64,000 nucleotides of DNA from an uncultured Bifidobacterium sp. (GCA_964634245.1 CAZWIE010000002.1:108793-172792); one strand, 5' to 3'; counted from the stretch's first letter, positions 18,314 to 29,334 are shown. Notes: generated from the sequence alone by a model not told the origin. Numbers and translations are program-made.

Positions 18314-18727
18314 TCAACTGCGCAGGCGCGCGTCGGCGTAGTAGCCGAAGTAGGTACCGAGGGCGGCCGTCGCCGCATGCAGCCAGATGTCATGGCCGTA
18401 CAAGGGCAGCAAGCCGAAAGCCACGTTCAGCGTCGGGAACAATCCCATGATCGCCAGCACTGCGAACAGCAGCGCGAGCGTGCGTGAATAGATGATCGCA
18501 CCGTAGTCGCTGCGTGCCGCGATCGTTCCCCACAGGCCTATGCCGAGGTGCACCAGCGTATGGGCGATGTTGACCGGGAAATAGCCGAACAGCTTACCTT
18601 CGAGCAGATGGATGGTGATGTGCGGGCTGTCGGCCGGCAGTGGCCGAAGCATGTCGGGCAGGAAGCCACCGATGGCCACCAGCAGGTAGATGATGCCGGC
18701 GATCAGCGCGAATTGCCGGGTATTCAT
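18314..18727 (-). CDS. DUF4383-like membrane protein
   Basis: Four hydrophobic segments; FPVNIAHTLVHL and DIWLH patterns. Confidence 0.75.
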   Translation of the reverse strand: MNTRQFALIAGIIYLLVAIGGFLPDMLRPLPADSPHITIHLLEGKLFGYFPVNIAHTLVHLGIGLWGTIAARSDYGAIIYSRTLALLFAVLAIMGLFPTLNVAFGLLPLYGHDIWLHAATAALGTYFGYYADARLRS

Positions 18728-18836
18728 GGCGCCCTCCTTGCAAGCAGACCTTACCGGGGTCTGACCTCAGGGGGCGGCAAATGACAGCGCCGGCAATGCG
18801 CGGATGCGGCAGGAAGTGGCGCGCGCTTGAGCGAAC

Positions 18837-19256
18837 TCAGCCCTTGTCGTCGATTTCGGCAAACACCTTCTGCGCCAGCGCGAAGGCGGAATTGGCCGCC
18901 GGCACACCGCAATAGATGGCTGTCTGCAGCAAGGCTTCCTTGATCTCATCGCGCGTGACGCCATTGTTGGCGGCGGCGCGCAGGTGCAGCTTCAGTTCTT
19001 CTTCGCGGCCCAGCGCGACCATCATGCAGATGGTCATCAGGCTGCGCGTATGGCGCGGCAGTCCTTCGCGGGTCCAGATCTCGCCCCACGCATAGCGGGT
19101 AATCAGGTCCTGGAAGTCATCGGTGAACGTGGTACGGTTGGCTTGCGCGCGATCGACATGCGCATCGCCCAGCACCGCGCGGCGCACGACCATGCCTTGT
19201 TCGAAGATCTCGCTGCGCCGCTGGTCAGGGTTGAGGTCCGGCTTGTGATCAGCCAT
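18837..19256 (-). CDS. pcaC: 4-carboxymuconolactone decarboxylase
   Basis: GMVVRRAVLGDAHVD...FQDLITRYAWGEIW...LQTAIYCGVPAAN; lies within the pca cluster. Confidence 0.95.
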   Translation of the reverse strand: MADHKPDLNPDQRRSEIFEQGMVVRRAVLGDAHVDRAQANRTTFTDDFQDLITRYAWGEIWTREGLPRHTRSLMTICMMVALGREEELKLHLRAAANNGVTRDEIKEALLQTAIYCGVPAANSAFALAQKVFAEIDDKG

Positions 19257-20040
19257 GCTGTTCCCCGCGCAGGAAATTGACCGCATGTCGGGTGAAGGCT
19301 TGCGCCGCCTCCCAGTTCGACAGGTGGGCAGCGCTCAGTTCCACATAGCGCGCGCCCGGCACCGATTTGGCGATCAGTTCGCCATGTTCGGGCGGCGTCG
19401 ACTTGTCGTATTTGCCGCCAATGACCAGGGTCGGCGTGGCGATGCGGCCGAGATCGGCGCGCTGGTCCATGTCGCGCACGGCAGCGCAGTTGGCGACATA
19501 GCCTTCGACTGGCGTATTGGCCAGCATCGCGCGCACACGGTCGACCTGGGCCGGCGCATGCGACAGGAAGTCATTCGTGAACCAGCGTTCGAGCACGGCA
19601 TCGATGACGGCGGCCAGACCGCCCTGCCGCACTTGCGCGATGCGCGCATTCCACATCTCTGGCACGCCGATCGCGGCGCTGGTATTGCAGAGCACGAGGC
19701 GGTCGATGCGGTCCGGCGCATGGATGCCGAGCCAGATGCCGGTCATGCCGCCCATCGACAAGCCGCAGAAGTGCGCGCGCGGCGCTTTCACATGGTCGAG
19801 CAGCGCCAGCACGTCATTGCCGAGCTGCGCGATCGAGTACGGGCCGGGCGTGACCTCGGACTGCCCGTGACCGCGCGTGTCATAGCGCAGCACGCGGAAA
19901 TGCTCGAGCAGCGCAGGCATTTGCGGCACCCACATGTCGAGGGTGGTCCCGAGGGAATTCGACAGCACCAGCAGCGGCGCGTCTTCGGCGCCTTCAAGCT
20001 GGTAATGCAGCTTGCCCTTGCCGGAATCAAAAATGGCCAT
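19249..20040 (-). CDS. pcaD: 3-oxoadipate enol-lactonase
   Basis: LSNSLGT, YDTRGHGQS, GLSMGG nucleophile elbow, AAHLSNWE. Confidence 0.95.
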   Translation of the reverse strand: MAIFDSGKGKLHYQLEGAEDAPLLVLSNSLGTTLDMWVPQMPALLEHFRVLRYDTRGHGQSEVTPGPYSIAQLGNDVLALLDHVKAPRAHFCGLSMGGMTGIWLGIHAPDRIDRLVLCNTSAAIGVPEMWNARIAQVRQGGLAAVIDAVLERWFTNDFLSHAPAQVDRVRAMLANTPVEGYVANCAAVRDMDQRADLGRIATPTLVIGGKYDKSTPPEHGELIAKSVPGARYVELSAAHLSNWEAAQAFTRHAVNFLRGEQHG

Positions 20041-20053
20041 AGTCTCGCTCCAA

Positions 20054-20098
20054 TTGTCTTGTCGTGCTTTGTCTTGTCGTGCTGTGTCCTGCCGCAGC
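20054..20098. repeat. 15-bp tandem repeat (2 perfect + 1 degenerate copy)
   Basis: TTGTCTTGTCGTGCT x2 followed by GTGTCCTGCCGCAGC, between pcaB and pcaD. Confidence 0.8.
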
Positions 20099-20107
20099 TA
20101 CCCGTAC

Positions 20108-21463
20108 TCAGGCCTTGCGCGCGCGATGCGCGGCCAGCACCCGGTCCACCAGGGCGCCGGCTTCGCCGGTATACGCCAGCGGTTCGAACAGTTTTTCCAG
20201 TTCCTGTGCGGGCATGATGCCGGTCACCTGCGGGTCGGCGCGCAGCACCGCGAGCAAGCTCTGACCTTGCGCAAGAGCGCGATGGCACGCCGTCTCGACC
20301 AACTCGTGCGCATGCGAGCGCCCGATGTGCGCGGCCAGCGCCAGCGATACGGCCTCGGCCATCACCAGACCGCGCGTGATATCGATGTTGGCGCGCATGC
20401 GCACCGCATCAACATTCAAACCTTCGATCACGTCGCGCATTTGCGTCAGCGCAGCGCCGCACAACGTTGCGATCTCGGGCAGCGTGTCCCATTCGGCTTG
20501 CCAGCCGCCGAGCGCGCGCTCATGTTCATTGTCCATGGCCGCCAGCATCGTGGCCACCAGTCCGGGCACGCGAGCAGCGGCGGCCAGCACGGCGGCGCTG
20601 GCGACCGGGTTGCGCTTGTGCGGCATGGTGGATGAACCGCCGCGCCCGGGCGCGGCCGGTTCCGACAGTTCGGCGACTTCAGTCTGCATCTGCAGCGACA
20701 GGTCGCGCGCGATCTTGCCCAGTGTACCGGTCAGCAAGCCGAACACGGTCGCGCATTCGGCGATGCGATCGCGATGCGCATGCCAGGGCAGGTGCGGCAG
20801 TTTCAGTTCGAGTGCATGCGCCAACGCATCAGCCACCGGCAAACCACGGTTGCCGAGGCTGGCCAGCGTGCCAGCCGCGCCACCGAACTGCAGCACGGCG
20901 ATGCGCGCGCGCAGTTCATGCAGGCGCTGCTGGTGGCGCATCACGGCATCGAGCCAGCCGGCGGCCTTCAGGCCGAAGGTGATCGGCAATGCATGCTGCA
21001 TCCAGGTGCGCCCAATCATCGCGGTCTCGCGATGGCGATGCACGAGGCCGGCCAGTGCATCGGCCAGTTCGCCCAGTTCGACCGAGATCAGGTCGATGGC
21101 CTCGCGCAGCTGCAGCACGAGGCCGGTGTCGATAACGTCCTGGCTGGTCGCACCCCAGTGCACGTAGCGCGCGGCATCGGCATCGATGGCGGCCACTTCG
21201 GCCGTCAATTGCTTGACCAGGGGAATGGCGAGATTGCCGGCCATGCGTGCAGCGGCTGCCAGCGCCTTCTGGTCGATGCGCGAGGCTTCGCAAGCAGCCT
21301 TGATCGCCGCCGGGGCAGCGGACGGAATCACGTCTTCGGCCGCCAGCGCATGCGCGAGCGCGGCTTCAAAATCGAGCATGCGCTGTATCGTGTTCTCGGA
21401 TGAGAACACTTGCTGCATCGCTGCGTTCGAGAACATGCGGGCTGTCAGCGCATTGGCGGCCAT
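20108..21463 (-). CDS. pcaB: 3-carboxy-cis,cis-muconate cycloisomerase
   Basis: VHWGATSQDVIDT, GRTWMQHA, and the fumarase-family signature GSSTMPHKRNP. Confidence 0.95.
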   Translation of the reverse strand: MAANALTARMFSNAAMQQVFSSENTIQRMLDFEAALAHALAAEDVIPSAAPAAIKAACEASRIDQKALAAAARMAGNLAIPLVKQLTAEVAAIDADAARYVHWGATSQDVIDTGLVLQLREAIDLISVELGELADALAGLVHRHRETAMIGRTWMQHALPITFGLKAAGWLDAVMRHQQRLHELRARIAVLQFGGAAGTLASLGNRGLPVADALAHALELKLPHLPWHAHRDRIAECATVFGLLTGTLGKIARDLSLQMQTEVAELSEPAAPGRGGSSTMPHKRNPVASAAVLAAAARVPGLVATMLAAMDNEHERALGGWQAEWDTLPEIATLCGAALTQMRDVIEGLNVDAVRMRANIDITRGLVMAEAVSLALAAHIGRSHAHELVETACHRALAQGQSLLAVLRADPQVTGIMPAQELEKLFEPLAYTGEAGALVDRVLAAHRARKA

Positions 21464-21495
21464 GAACGGGACTTCCTATCCTCAGTTAGCTTCGA

Positions 21496-22071
21496 TCAGA
21501 GTTCGAAGAAGACGGTTTCGTCACCGCCCCCACCGATCAGCACGTTCCATTCAACCACACCTGCACCGGCCGGCTTGGCCACCAGGGTTTCGCGGCGTGC
21601 GACTGGCACCAGTTGCAGCACGCTGTCGGTATCGTGCGCATCGCCGGGGAAATACATGCGGGTCACCAGTTGCTTCAGCAAACCGCGCGCAAAGACGTTG
21701 ACGATCAGGTGCGGCGCCTGCGGACGGCCTTGCGCATCGGGCACGCTGCCGGGCTTGATGGTCGAGAAACGGAAACGTCCCTGCTCATCGGTGGCCACGC
21801 GGCCGAAGCCATGGAAGCCGGGATCCAGCGGCAGCGCGCGCTGGTCATCGACATGCGCATACTTGCCGTGCGAATTCGCTTGCCAGATCTCGACCATGCC
21901 ATCGGGAATCGGCTGGCGGTCGGCGTCGAGCACCTGGCCCTGGATCACGATGCGCTCGCCGGCAACGCCTGCCGGCGCGAGCTCGGTGCTGGTCAGCCAG
22001 TCGAGGCCGATGTGCAGGTAGGGACCGACGGTCTGTGAAGGGGTGAGACCGTGTTTCATCGCATTTTTCAT
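21496..22071 (-). CDS. pcaG: Protocatechuate 3,4-dioxygenase alpha subunit
   Basis: TPSQTVGPYLHIGL, EIWQAN, APHLIVNVFARGLL. Confidence 0.96.
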   Translation of the reverse strand: MKNAMKHGLTPSQTVGPYLHIGLDWLTSTELAPAGVAGERIVIQGQVLDADRQPIPDGMVEIWQANSHGKYAHVDDQRALPLDPGFHGFGRVATDEQGRFRFSTIKPGSVPDAQGRPQAPHLIVNVFARGLLKQLVTRMYFPGDAHDTDSVLQLVPVARRETLVAKPAGAGVVEWNVLIGGGGDETVFFEL

Positions 22072-22074
22072 CGA

Positions 22075-22776
22075 TTATTTCTCCATCGGCGTCGCATCGC
22101 GGCCGCGCAGGACGATATTGAAGCGGAAGCCGAGCGCATGCTCGGGTTCGGTGACGTCGAGTTCGAACGACGAGATCATGCGCTCGCGCGCGCCTTCGGG
22201 CACGGCGTTATAGATCGGGTCGAACGGCAGCAACGGATCGCCGGGGAAATACATTTGCGTGACCAGACGCGTCGCGAAGGCATTGCCGAACAGCGAGAAG
22301 TGAATGTGCGCCGGACGCCAGGCATTCGGATGATTGCGCCACGGGTAGGCGCCGGGACGGATCGTGGTGAAGCGGTAATTGCCCTGGTCATCGGTCATCA
22401 TGCGACCGGTGCCGGTGAAATTCGGATCGAGCGGCGCATCGTGCTGGTCGCGCTTGTGCTGGTAACGGCCGGCAGCATTGGCCTGCCAGATTTCGACCAG
22501 GGTGTTGCGTACGGGGTGGCCGTCTTCATCCATTACGCGGCCGGTGACGATGATGCGCTCGCCCAGCGGCTCGCCGGCGTGCTGTTTGGTCAGGTCGGCA
22601 TCTTGCGGGCGTACGCGCTCGTGGCCGAACACGGGACCGGTAATCTCGGTCAGCGATTGCGGCAGCAAGATCAGCGGCTGCGACGGCGAACGCTTCACGG
22701 TCGATGCGTAGCCGGGGTACAGGTAGTCGGAATGGCTGCCCGGTGCGGGCTGATGGTAAGGGTGGAGCTTGGACAT
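22075..22776 (-). CDS. pcaH: Protocatechuate 3,4-dioxygenase beta subunit
   Basis: WQANAAGRY, PGAYPWRNH, WRPAHIHFS iron-ligand motifs. Confidence 0.97.
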   Translation of the reverse strand: MSKLHPYHQPAPGSHSDYLYPGYASTVKRSPSQPLILLPQSLTEITGPVFGHERVRPQDADLTKQHAGEPLGERIIVTGRVMDEDGHPVRNTLVEIWQANAAGRYQHKRDQHDAPLDPNFTGTGRMMTDDQGNYRFTTIRPGAYPWRNHPNAWRPAHIHFSLFGNAFATRLVTQMYFPGDPLLPFDPIYNAVPEGARERMISSFELDVTEPEHALGFRFNIVLRGRDATPMEK

Positions 22777-22982
22777 GGAGGTCTCGTCTCTGCGGAGTAT
22801 CGTTCTTGTTCAAGGCCGGCGGCAAAGTGATCCGGCCGGATCTTGGCTGCATGGCTGATCCGCGCTGAGCGCTTGCTGCAGCCTGTGGTCGCTGATGGCT
22901 TCCGCTCAGTGCTGATTTTCGCCGATGGCCGCGGAAATGGGAATCTCCGCGACCATGCGGGCATCAATGCTGAGACGGTGGT

Positions 22983-23037
22983 GCTGCATCAGCGCTGCAT
23001 CAGCGCTGCATCAGCTTGGCATCAGCTTGCCATCGGG
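22983..23037. repeat. 11-bp tandem repeat (5 copies, degenerating)
   Basis: GCTGCATCAGC x3, then TTGGCATCAGC and TTGCCATCGGG, in the pcaF-pcaH intergenic region. Confidence 0.85.
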
Positions 23038-23111
23038 TCGGCTTCAGCTCGCTTGTTTCAACCTGTTTGCAGGTAGGTTTCAAGTAGGCTTTCAACGACT
23101 GGCAATGGCGT

Positions 23112-24314
23112 TCAGACACGCTCGATCAGTACGGCAATACCCTGGCCGACACCGATGCACATCGTGCACAACGCATAGCGGCCGCCGGTACGGTGCAGCT
23201 GGTACATGGCCGTGGTCACGAGGCGCGCGCCGCTCATGCCGAGCGGGTGACCGAGAGCAATCGCACCGCCATTCGGGTTCACGCGCGGATCATTGTCGGC
23301 GATACCGAGTTGGCGCAGCACGGCCAACCCCTGCGCTGCAAAGGCTTCGTTGAGTTCGATCACGTCGATCTGGTCGAGCGTAAAGCCGGTCTGCCTGAGC
23401 AGCTTCTGCACGGCCGGCACCGGGCCGATGCCCATCACGCGCGGCGGCACGCCGGCAGTAGCCATGCCGATCACGCGGGCCTTTGGCGTCAGGCCGTATT
23501 TGGCCGCCGTGTCGCCATCGGCCAGCAGCAAGGCGCAAGCGCCATCGTTGACGCCGGAGGCATTGCCGGCGGTCACCGTGCCATCCGGGCGCACCACGCC
23601 TTTCAGCTTGGCCAGTGCCTCGGTCGAGGTCGCGCGCGGGTGCTCGTCATGCAGCACCGTGACCGGCTCGCCTTTCTTTTGCGGAATGATGACTGGCACG
23701 ATCTCGTCGGCCAGGATGCCGTTGGCTTGGGCAGCAGCGGCCTTGTTCTGGCTGTGGACGGCGAACGCATCCTGGTCGGCCCGGTTGATCTGGTAGTCGG
23801 TGGCGACGTTCTCGGCTGTTTCGGGCATCGCATCGACGCCGTACAGCGCCTTCATCTGCGGATTGACGAAGCGCCAGCCGATGGTGGTGTCGAAGATCTG
23901 CGCGTTGCGCGAGAACGCACTGTCGGCCTTGCCCATCACGAAGGGCGCGCGCGTCATCGATTCGACGCCGCCGGCGATCACCAGCGATGCCTCGCCAGCC
24001 TTGATCGCACGGGCGGCGGTACCGAGCGCATCCATGCCGGAGCCGCACAGGCGGTTGATGGTGGAGCCCGGTACCTCGATCGGCAGTCCCGCCAGCAGCG
24101 AGGACATGCGCGCCACATTGCGGTTGTCTTCGCCGGCCTGGTTGGCGCAGCCATAGATCACTTCATCGACGGCTTTCCAGTCGACCGTAGGATTGCGCTC
24201 CTGCAGCGCGCGCAGCGGCACGGCACCAAGGTCATCGGCGCGCACATCTTTCAGCGCGCCACCGAAGCGACCGATCGGGGTACGGATCGCATCGCAGATA
24301 TAGGCTTCTCTCAT
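23112..24314 (-). CDS. pcaF: 3-oxoadipyl-CoA thiolase
   Basis: NQAGEDNRNVARM, NRLCGSG, NEAFA, GHPLG, MCIGVGQG. Confidence 0.95.
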   Translation of the reverse strand: MREAYICDAIRTPIGRFGGALKDVRADDLGAVPLRALQERNPTVDWKAVDEVIYGCANQAGEDNRNVARMSSLLAGLPIEVPGSTINRLCGSGMDALGTAARAIKAGEASLVIAGGVESMTRAPFVMGKADSAFSRNAQIFDTTIGWRFVNPQMKALYGVDAMPETAENVATDYQINRADQDAFAVHSQNKAAAAQANGILADEIVPVIIPQKKGEPVTVLHDEHPRATSTEALAKLKGVVRPDGTVTAGNASGVNDGACALLLADGDTAAKYGLTPKARVIGMATAGVPPRVMGIGPVPAVQKLLRQTGFTLDQIDVIELNEAFAAQGLAVLRQLGIADNDPRVNPNGGAIALGHPLGMSGARLVTTAMYQLHRTGGRYALCTMCIGVGQGIAVLIERV

Positions 24315-24350
24315 CAATGGCTTCCTGTCGTTCTTGGGGGATGGTTCAAC

Positions 24351-24989
24351 TCAGCCGGCCAGCAAGGGCAGGCCCGTGATCTCTTTGAGCGCGTCGAGGC
24401 TGACGCCGTCGGCCATGTCAGTCACGCGCAAGCCTGCCGGCGTGACATCGAACACGGCGAGATCCGTATAGATGCGCGATACGCAGGCTACGCCCGTCAG
24501 CGGGTAGCTGCATTGGCTGACGATCTTGCTTTCGCCGCTCTTGGTCTGCAGTTCCATCATTACGAACACTTTTTTCGCGCCGATCGCCAGGTCCATCGCA
24601 CCGCCGACCGCAGGGATCGCATCCGGCGCACCGGTATGCCAGTTCGCCAGATCGCCTTGCGCCGACACCTGGAAGGCACCCAGCACGCAAATGTCCAGGT
24701 GGCCGCCGCGCATCATGGCGAATGAATCGGCGTGATGGAAATAGGCGCCGCCGGTCAGCAAGGTGACGGGCTGCTTGCCGGCATTGATCAGATCTTCATC
24801 TTCCTGTCCCGGCGCGGGCGCCGGGCCCATGCCGAGGATGCCGTTTTCGCTGTGCAGGAAAATTTCTTTCGACTTGTCGAGATGGTTCGCGACCATGGTC
24901 GGCAAGCCGATGCCGAGGTTCACGTACGCGCCTTCGGGAATGTCGCGCGCGACGCGCTGTGCGATTTCATCACGGGTAAAACGCTTCAT
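24351..24989 (-). CDS. pcaJ: 3-oxoadipate CoA-transferase subunit B
   Basis: YVNLGIGLPT, HSENG (catalytic Glu), GGAMDL. Confidence 0.93.
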   Translation of the reverse strand: MKRFTRDEIAQRVARDIPEGAYVNLGIGLPTMVANHLDKSKEIFLHSENGILGMGPAPAPGQEDEDLINAGKQPVTLLTGGAYFHHADSFAMMRGGHLDICVLGAFQVSAQGDLANWHTGAPDAIPAVGGAMDLAIGAKKVFVMMELQTKSGESKIVSQCSYPLTGVACVSRIYTDLAVFDVTPAGLRVTDMADGVSLDALKEITGLPLLAG

Positions 24990-25657
24990 TGGCCACCTCC
25001 GACTTGCACGATGCGCTGGACGAAGATGCCCGGCGTGACGATGACTTCGGGATCGAGTTCGCCCAGGGCCACGACTTCATTGACTTCAGCGATGGTGCAT
25101 TTCGCGGCGCTGGCCATGATCGGGCCGAAGTTGCGTGCGGCCTTGCGGTAGACGAGGTTGCCCCAGCGGTCGCCCTTGAGCGCCTTGATCAGTGCGAAGT
25201 CGGCGTGGATGGGCAGCTCGAACACATAAGGGCGGCCATTGATGACGCGCGTTTCCTTGCCGTCGGCCAGCTTGGTGCCATAGCCGGTCGGCGTGAAGAA
25301 GCCGCCAATGCCGGCGCCGGCCGCGCGTATGCGTTCGGCGAGGTTGCCCTGCGGCGTCAGTTCGAGCTCGATCTTGCCGGCACGGTAGAGGCCGTCGAAC
25401 ACATGCGAATCGGCCTGGCGCGGGAAAGAACAAATGATCTTTTTCACGCGGCCCGCGGCCAGCAGGGCCGCCAGCCCGGTGTCGCCGTTGCCGGCATTGT
25501 TATTGACGATGGTGAGGTCGCGCGCGCCCTGGTCAATCAGCGCATCGATCAGCGCTTTGGGCATGCCGGCATTGCCGAATCCGCCAATCATGACGGTCGC
25601 ACCGTCGTGAATGCCGGCCACGGCTTGCGCGAGGTCGGGAACGATCTTGTTGACCAA
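24986..25657 (-). CDS. pcaI: 3-oxoadipate CoA-transferase subunit A
   Basis: IGGFG, CSFPRQ, PQGNLAERIRAAGAG, ARNFGP; TTG start after GGAGG. Confidence 0.93.
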   Translation of the reverse strand: MVNKIVPDLAQAVAGIHDGATVMIGGFGNAGMPKALIDALIDQGARDLTIVNNNAGNGDTGLAALLAAGRVKKIICSFPRQADSHVFDGLYRAGKIELELTPQGNLAERIRAAGAGIGGFFTPTGYGTKLADGKETRVINGRPYVFELPIHADFALIKALKGDRWGNLVYRKAARNFGPIMASAAKCTIAEVNEVVALGELDPEVIVTPGIFVQRIVQVGGGQ

Positions 25658-25708
25658 GGATGGCCTCCGGGAGTTTATATTTTCTTTGTTATCAAGTTAC
25701 CGGAAAGA

Positions 25709-25725
25709 TGTTCGATAAACGAACA
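25709..25725. promoter_or_regulatory. PcaR/PcaU/PobR-type (IclR) operator
   Basis: TGTTCG-ATAAA-CGAACA inverted repeat matching the known PcaR/PcaU consensus, about 50 bp upstream of pcaI. Confidence 0.8.
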
Positions 25726-25798
25726 AATAACTGGTAATAGAACAACGGCTGAGTTTATCCTCCATGAAACGACCGAACAAGCAGGCTTGCGCAATTTG

Positions 25799-25815
25799 TG
25801 TGCGATGCCCGAACA
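25799..25815. promoter_or_regulatory. Second PcaR-type operator
   Basis: TGTGCG-ATGCC-CGAACA, the same consensus in reverse orientation with a divergent centre. Confidence 0.55.
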
Positions 25816-26040
25816 CCGCTGGTCGACCACAGTAAAGCGAGTGTTGTCAGCAAGACGCAGAAATTCGTCGTTTGCGGACAATTCATACGGGATCAATCGC
25901 AAGCAAGCACAGGGATTATCAAATAATTATTGAGTTCCGTTACGGTAACGCTTCGATGCAACGCCCCTTCCCGACTTGCGCGGACCGGGCGGTCCAATCC
26001 GTAGTTCGAACGACACAAACTTTCCGTGAGCGAAACGACC

Positions 26041-26961
26041 ATGCAGAACGTCTCCACCCCGATGCCCGAACCCACGAAAGAAGTCCAGCGCGCGCCGTTG
26101 CCAGCCGCAGCTGCGACCGCAGCCGCCGGAGCCACCGCAGCCGCCGGCGCCGCGGCAAGCGCCGCACCCTCGCGCCCGCTGACGATTGCCGAAGAAATCG
26201 ACGCGCTGACCGACCCGAGTTTCATGACCTCGCTGGCACGCGGGCTGGCAGTGGTGAAGGCTTTCAGCGACCAGCGCCGTGCGATGACGATTGCGCAGAT
26301 CAGCCACAAGACCGGCATTCCGCGTGCCGCCGTGCGCCGCTGCCTGTACACGCTCAAGCAGCTGGGCTATGCGGATTCGGAAGCCAACAATTTCTTCCTG
26401 AAGCCGAAAATCCTGACCCTGGGTTACTCCTACCTGTCGTCGACGCCCCTCACCGTCTCGGCCCAGCCCTGCCTGAATCAGTTGTCGCGCACGCTCAACG
26501 AATCCTGCTCGCTGGCTGTCCTCGAAGACAACGAGGTGCTGTACATCTCGCGCTCGCAGACTTCGCGCGTGCTGTCGGTGGCGCTGAATGCCGGCAGCCG
26601 CCTGCCGGCGTACTGCACTTCGCTTGGCCGCGTGCTGCTGGCCGGGCTGACGGAAGCGGCGCTGGACCAGTACCTGTCCAAGGTGAAGCTGGTGGCCTAT
26701 ACCGACCGTACGGTGGTGAATGAAGCGCGACTGCGCGAGATCATCGCCGAGACTCGCCAGCGCGGCTTTGCGCTCGTGGAAGAAGAGCTGGAAATCGGAT
26801 TGCGCTCGATTGCGGTGCCGGTGCGCGGCGCATCGGGCGCAACGATGGCGGCGCTCAACATCGGCGCACAAGCGACCCGCGTGTCGCGCGCGCAGCTCGA
26901 ACAGACCTTCCTGCCCGCCTTGCTCACCGCAGCGTCCGAACTGTCGGTGCTGCTGCCCTGA
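26041..26961 (+). CDS. pcaR: IclR-family regulator PcaR
   Basis: FMTSLARGLAV HTH, RAAVRRCLYTL, GSRLPAYCTSLGRVLL, EELEIGLRSIAVP; divergent from pcaIJ. Start is uncertain (26026, 26041 or 26062). Confidence 0.9.
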   Translation: MQNVSTPMPEPTKEVQRAPLPAAAATAAAGATAAAGAAASAAPSRPLTIAEEIDALTDPSFMTSLARGLAVVKAFSDQRRAMTIAQISHKTGIPRAAVRRCLYTLKQLGYADSEANNFFLKPKILTLGYSYLSSTPLTVSAQPCLNQLSRTLNESCSLAVLEDNEVLYISRSQTSRVLSVALNAGSRLPAYCTSLGRVLLAGLTEAALDQYLSKVKLVAYTDRTVVNEARLREIIAETRQRGFALVEEELEIGLRSIAVPVRGASGATMAALNIGAQATRVSRAQLEQTFLPALLTAASELSVLLP

Positions 26962-27002
26962 GCCCTGAGCCCCGTCCCCTCCTCCTCCGCGCCTGACGAT
27001 CG

Positions 27003-27932
27003 TCAGGCCATCTGCTGCTGACCTGCCTGCTGCGCCTGTTCCCGGAACTGGCGCGGCGACAGCCCGCTGCCGCGCTTGAAGAAGCGCGTGAAATAGGCAG
27101 GGTCGGCAAACCCCAATGCATCACCGATATCGCGCACGCTCATCGACGTGTACACCAGGTTGCGCCTGGCTTCGAGCATCAGCCGCGCATGCACCAGCGA
27201 CAGCGCCGAACAGCCCGCCAGTTCGCGGCAGACCGCGTTCAGGTGCGCGGTGCTGATGCCCAGCTGTTCCGCATACTGATCCAGCGGCAGGTGCTGCGCA
27301 TAGCTGCGCTCGATGGCAGCAGAAAAGGCTGACAGGTATTGCCGGCCGCGGTCGCTGGCGGTCAGCGCATCGCGCGCCGCGGGTTCGCGCCTGAGCCAGC
27401 ACAAGACACTGACCAGCAAGGACTCGAGCAGCAAGTGCCTATGCTCGCCCTGCCCGCCATATTCGCGCAGCAGGGCAGGCAGCAAGGCTTCGATCTCGGC
27501 CTGATGGCCGCCTTCGGACAACAGCAGCGTCTGCGCGGAGGCCATCGCGGCCAGGCTTTCGCCCAGTCCGCCGTGCAGGCGCGCAAAGAACGCATAGGCC
27601 AGCGTCACCACCACCCCTTGCGCATTGGGCGAAAAATGAAAGCCGTGCACGCAGTGCTGCGGCAATAGCAGCACACTGCCCGATGCGAGCTTGTCGCTGC
27701 GGCCGTCGAGCTGCACATCGGCGCTGCCCTGCTGCAGCCACAGCAATTGGAACAGCCCGTGGTGCCGGTGCGGCCGAATTTCCCACTGGTGCAATCGGCT
27801 GCGCGCAGCAATCGACTCCACATGCACAAGGTCCGGCGTCAGCCATGGCTGGCCCTCTCCGTAGAGCTGGTAGACGGGAACGGGAGATGGGGCGGCGGCA
27901 GCGCGGCGCCGGGGGCTCATCGGAGTACTCAT
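27003..27932 (-). CDS. AraC-family regulator divergent from pobA (PobR-like)
   Basis: VPVYQLYGE, HVESI, HRHHGLFQ cupin sensor and C-terminal LGFADPAYFTRFFKR; start is uncertain. Confidence 0.88.
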   Translation of the reverse strand: MSTPMSPRRRAAAAPSPVPVYQLYGEGQPWLTPDLVHVESIAARSRLHQWEIRPHRHHGLFQLLWLQQGSADVQLDGRSDKLASGSVLLLPQHCVHGFHFSPNAQGVVVTLAYAFFARLHGGLGESLAAMASAQTLLLSEGGHQAEIEALLPALLREYGGQGEHRHLLLESLLVSVLCWLRREPAARDALTASDRGRQYLSAFSAAIERSYAQHLPLDQYAEQLGISTAHLNAVCRELAGCSALSLVHARLMLEARRNLVYTSMSVRDIGDALGFADPAYFTRFFKRGSGLSPRQFREQAQQAGQQQMA

Positions 27933-28040
27933 CAGGCGGCTCAAGGGACCCATATAGGCAGGAATTCCTCGAAATGTACAATTTTCCTTCGGAAACGTCC
28001 ATTCCCTGCAGAGGGCGGAGACGCGATGATGGCGGATTGA

Positions 28041-29258
<1,218 letters not shown>

Positions 29259-29334
29259 TTCAGATTTACTAACGAAAGTGGCACAGCCGCGCCGAATGCG
29301 GTAAATTGGCGGATACTTTCGTTGCGCCTTAACT

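Noticed and set aside
29266-29325. Autoregulatory FNR box upstream of fnr
   Set aside because: No TTGA-N6-TCAA is present; only an AACGAAAGT...ACTTTCGTT inverted repeat with a long loop, of unclear meaning.
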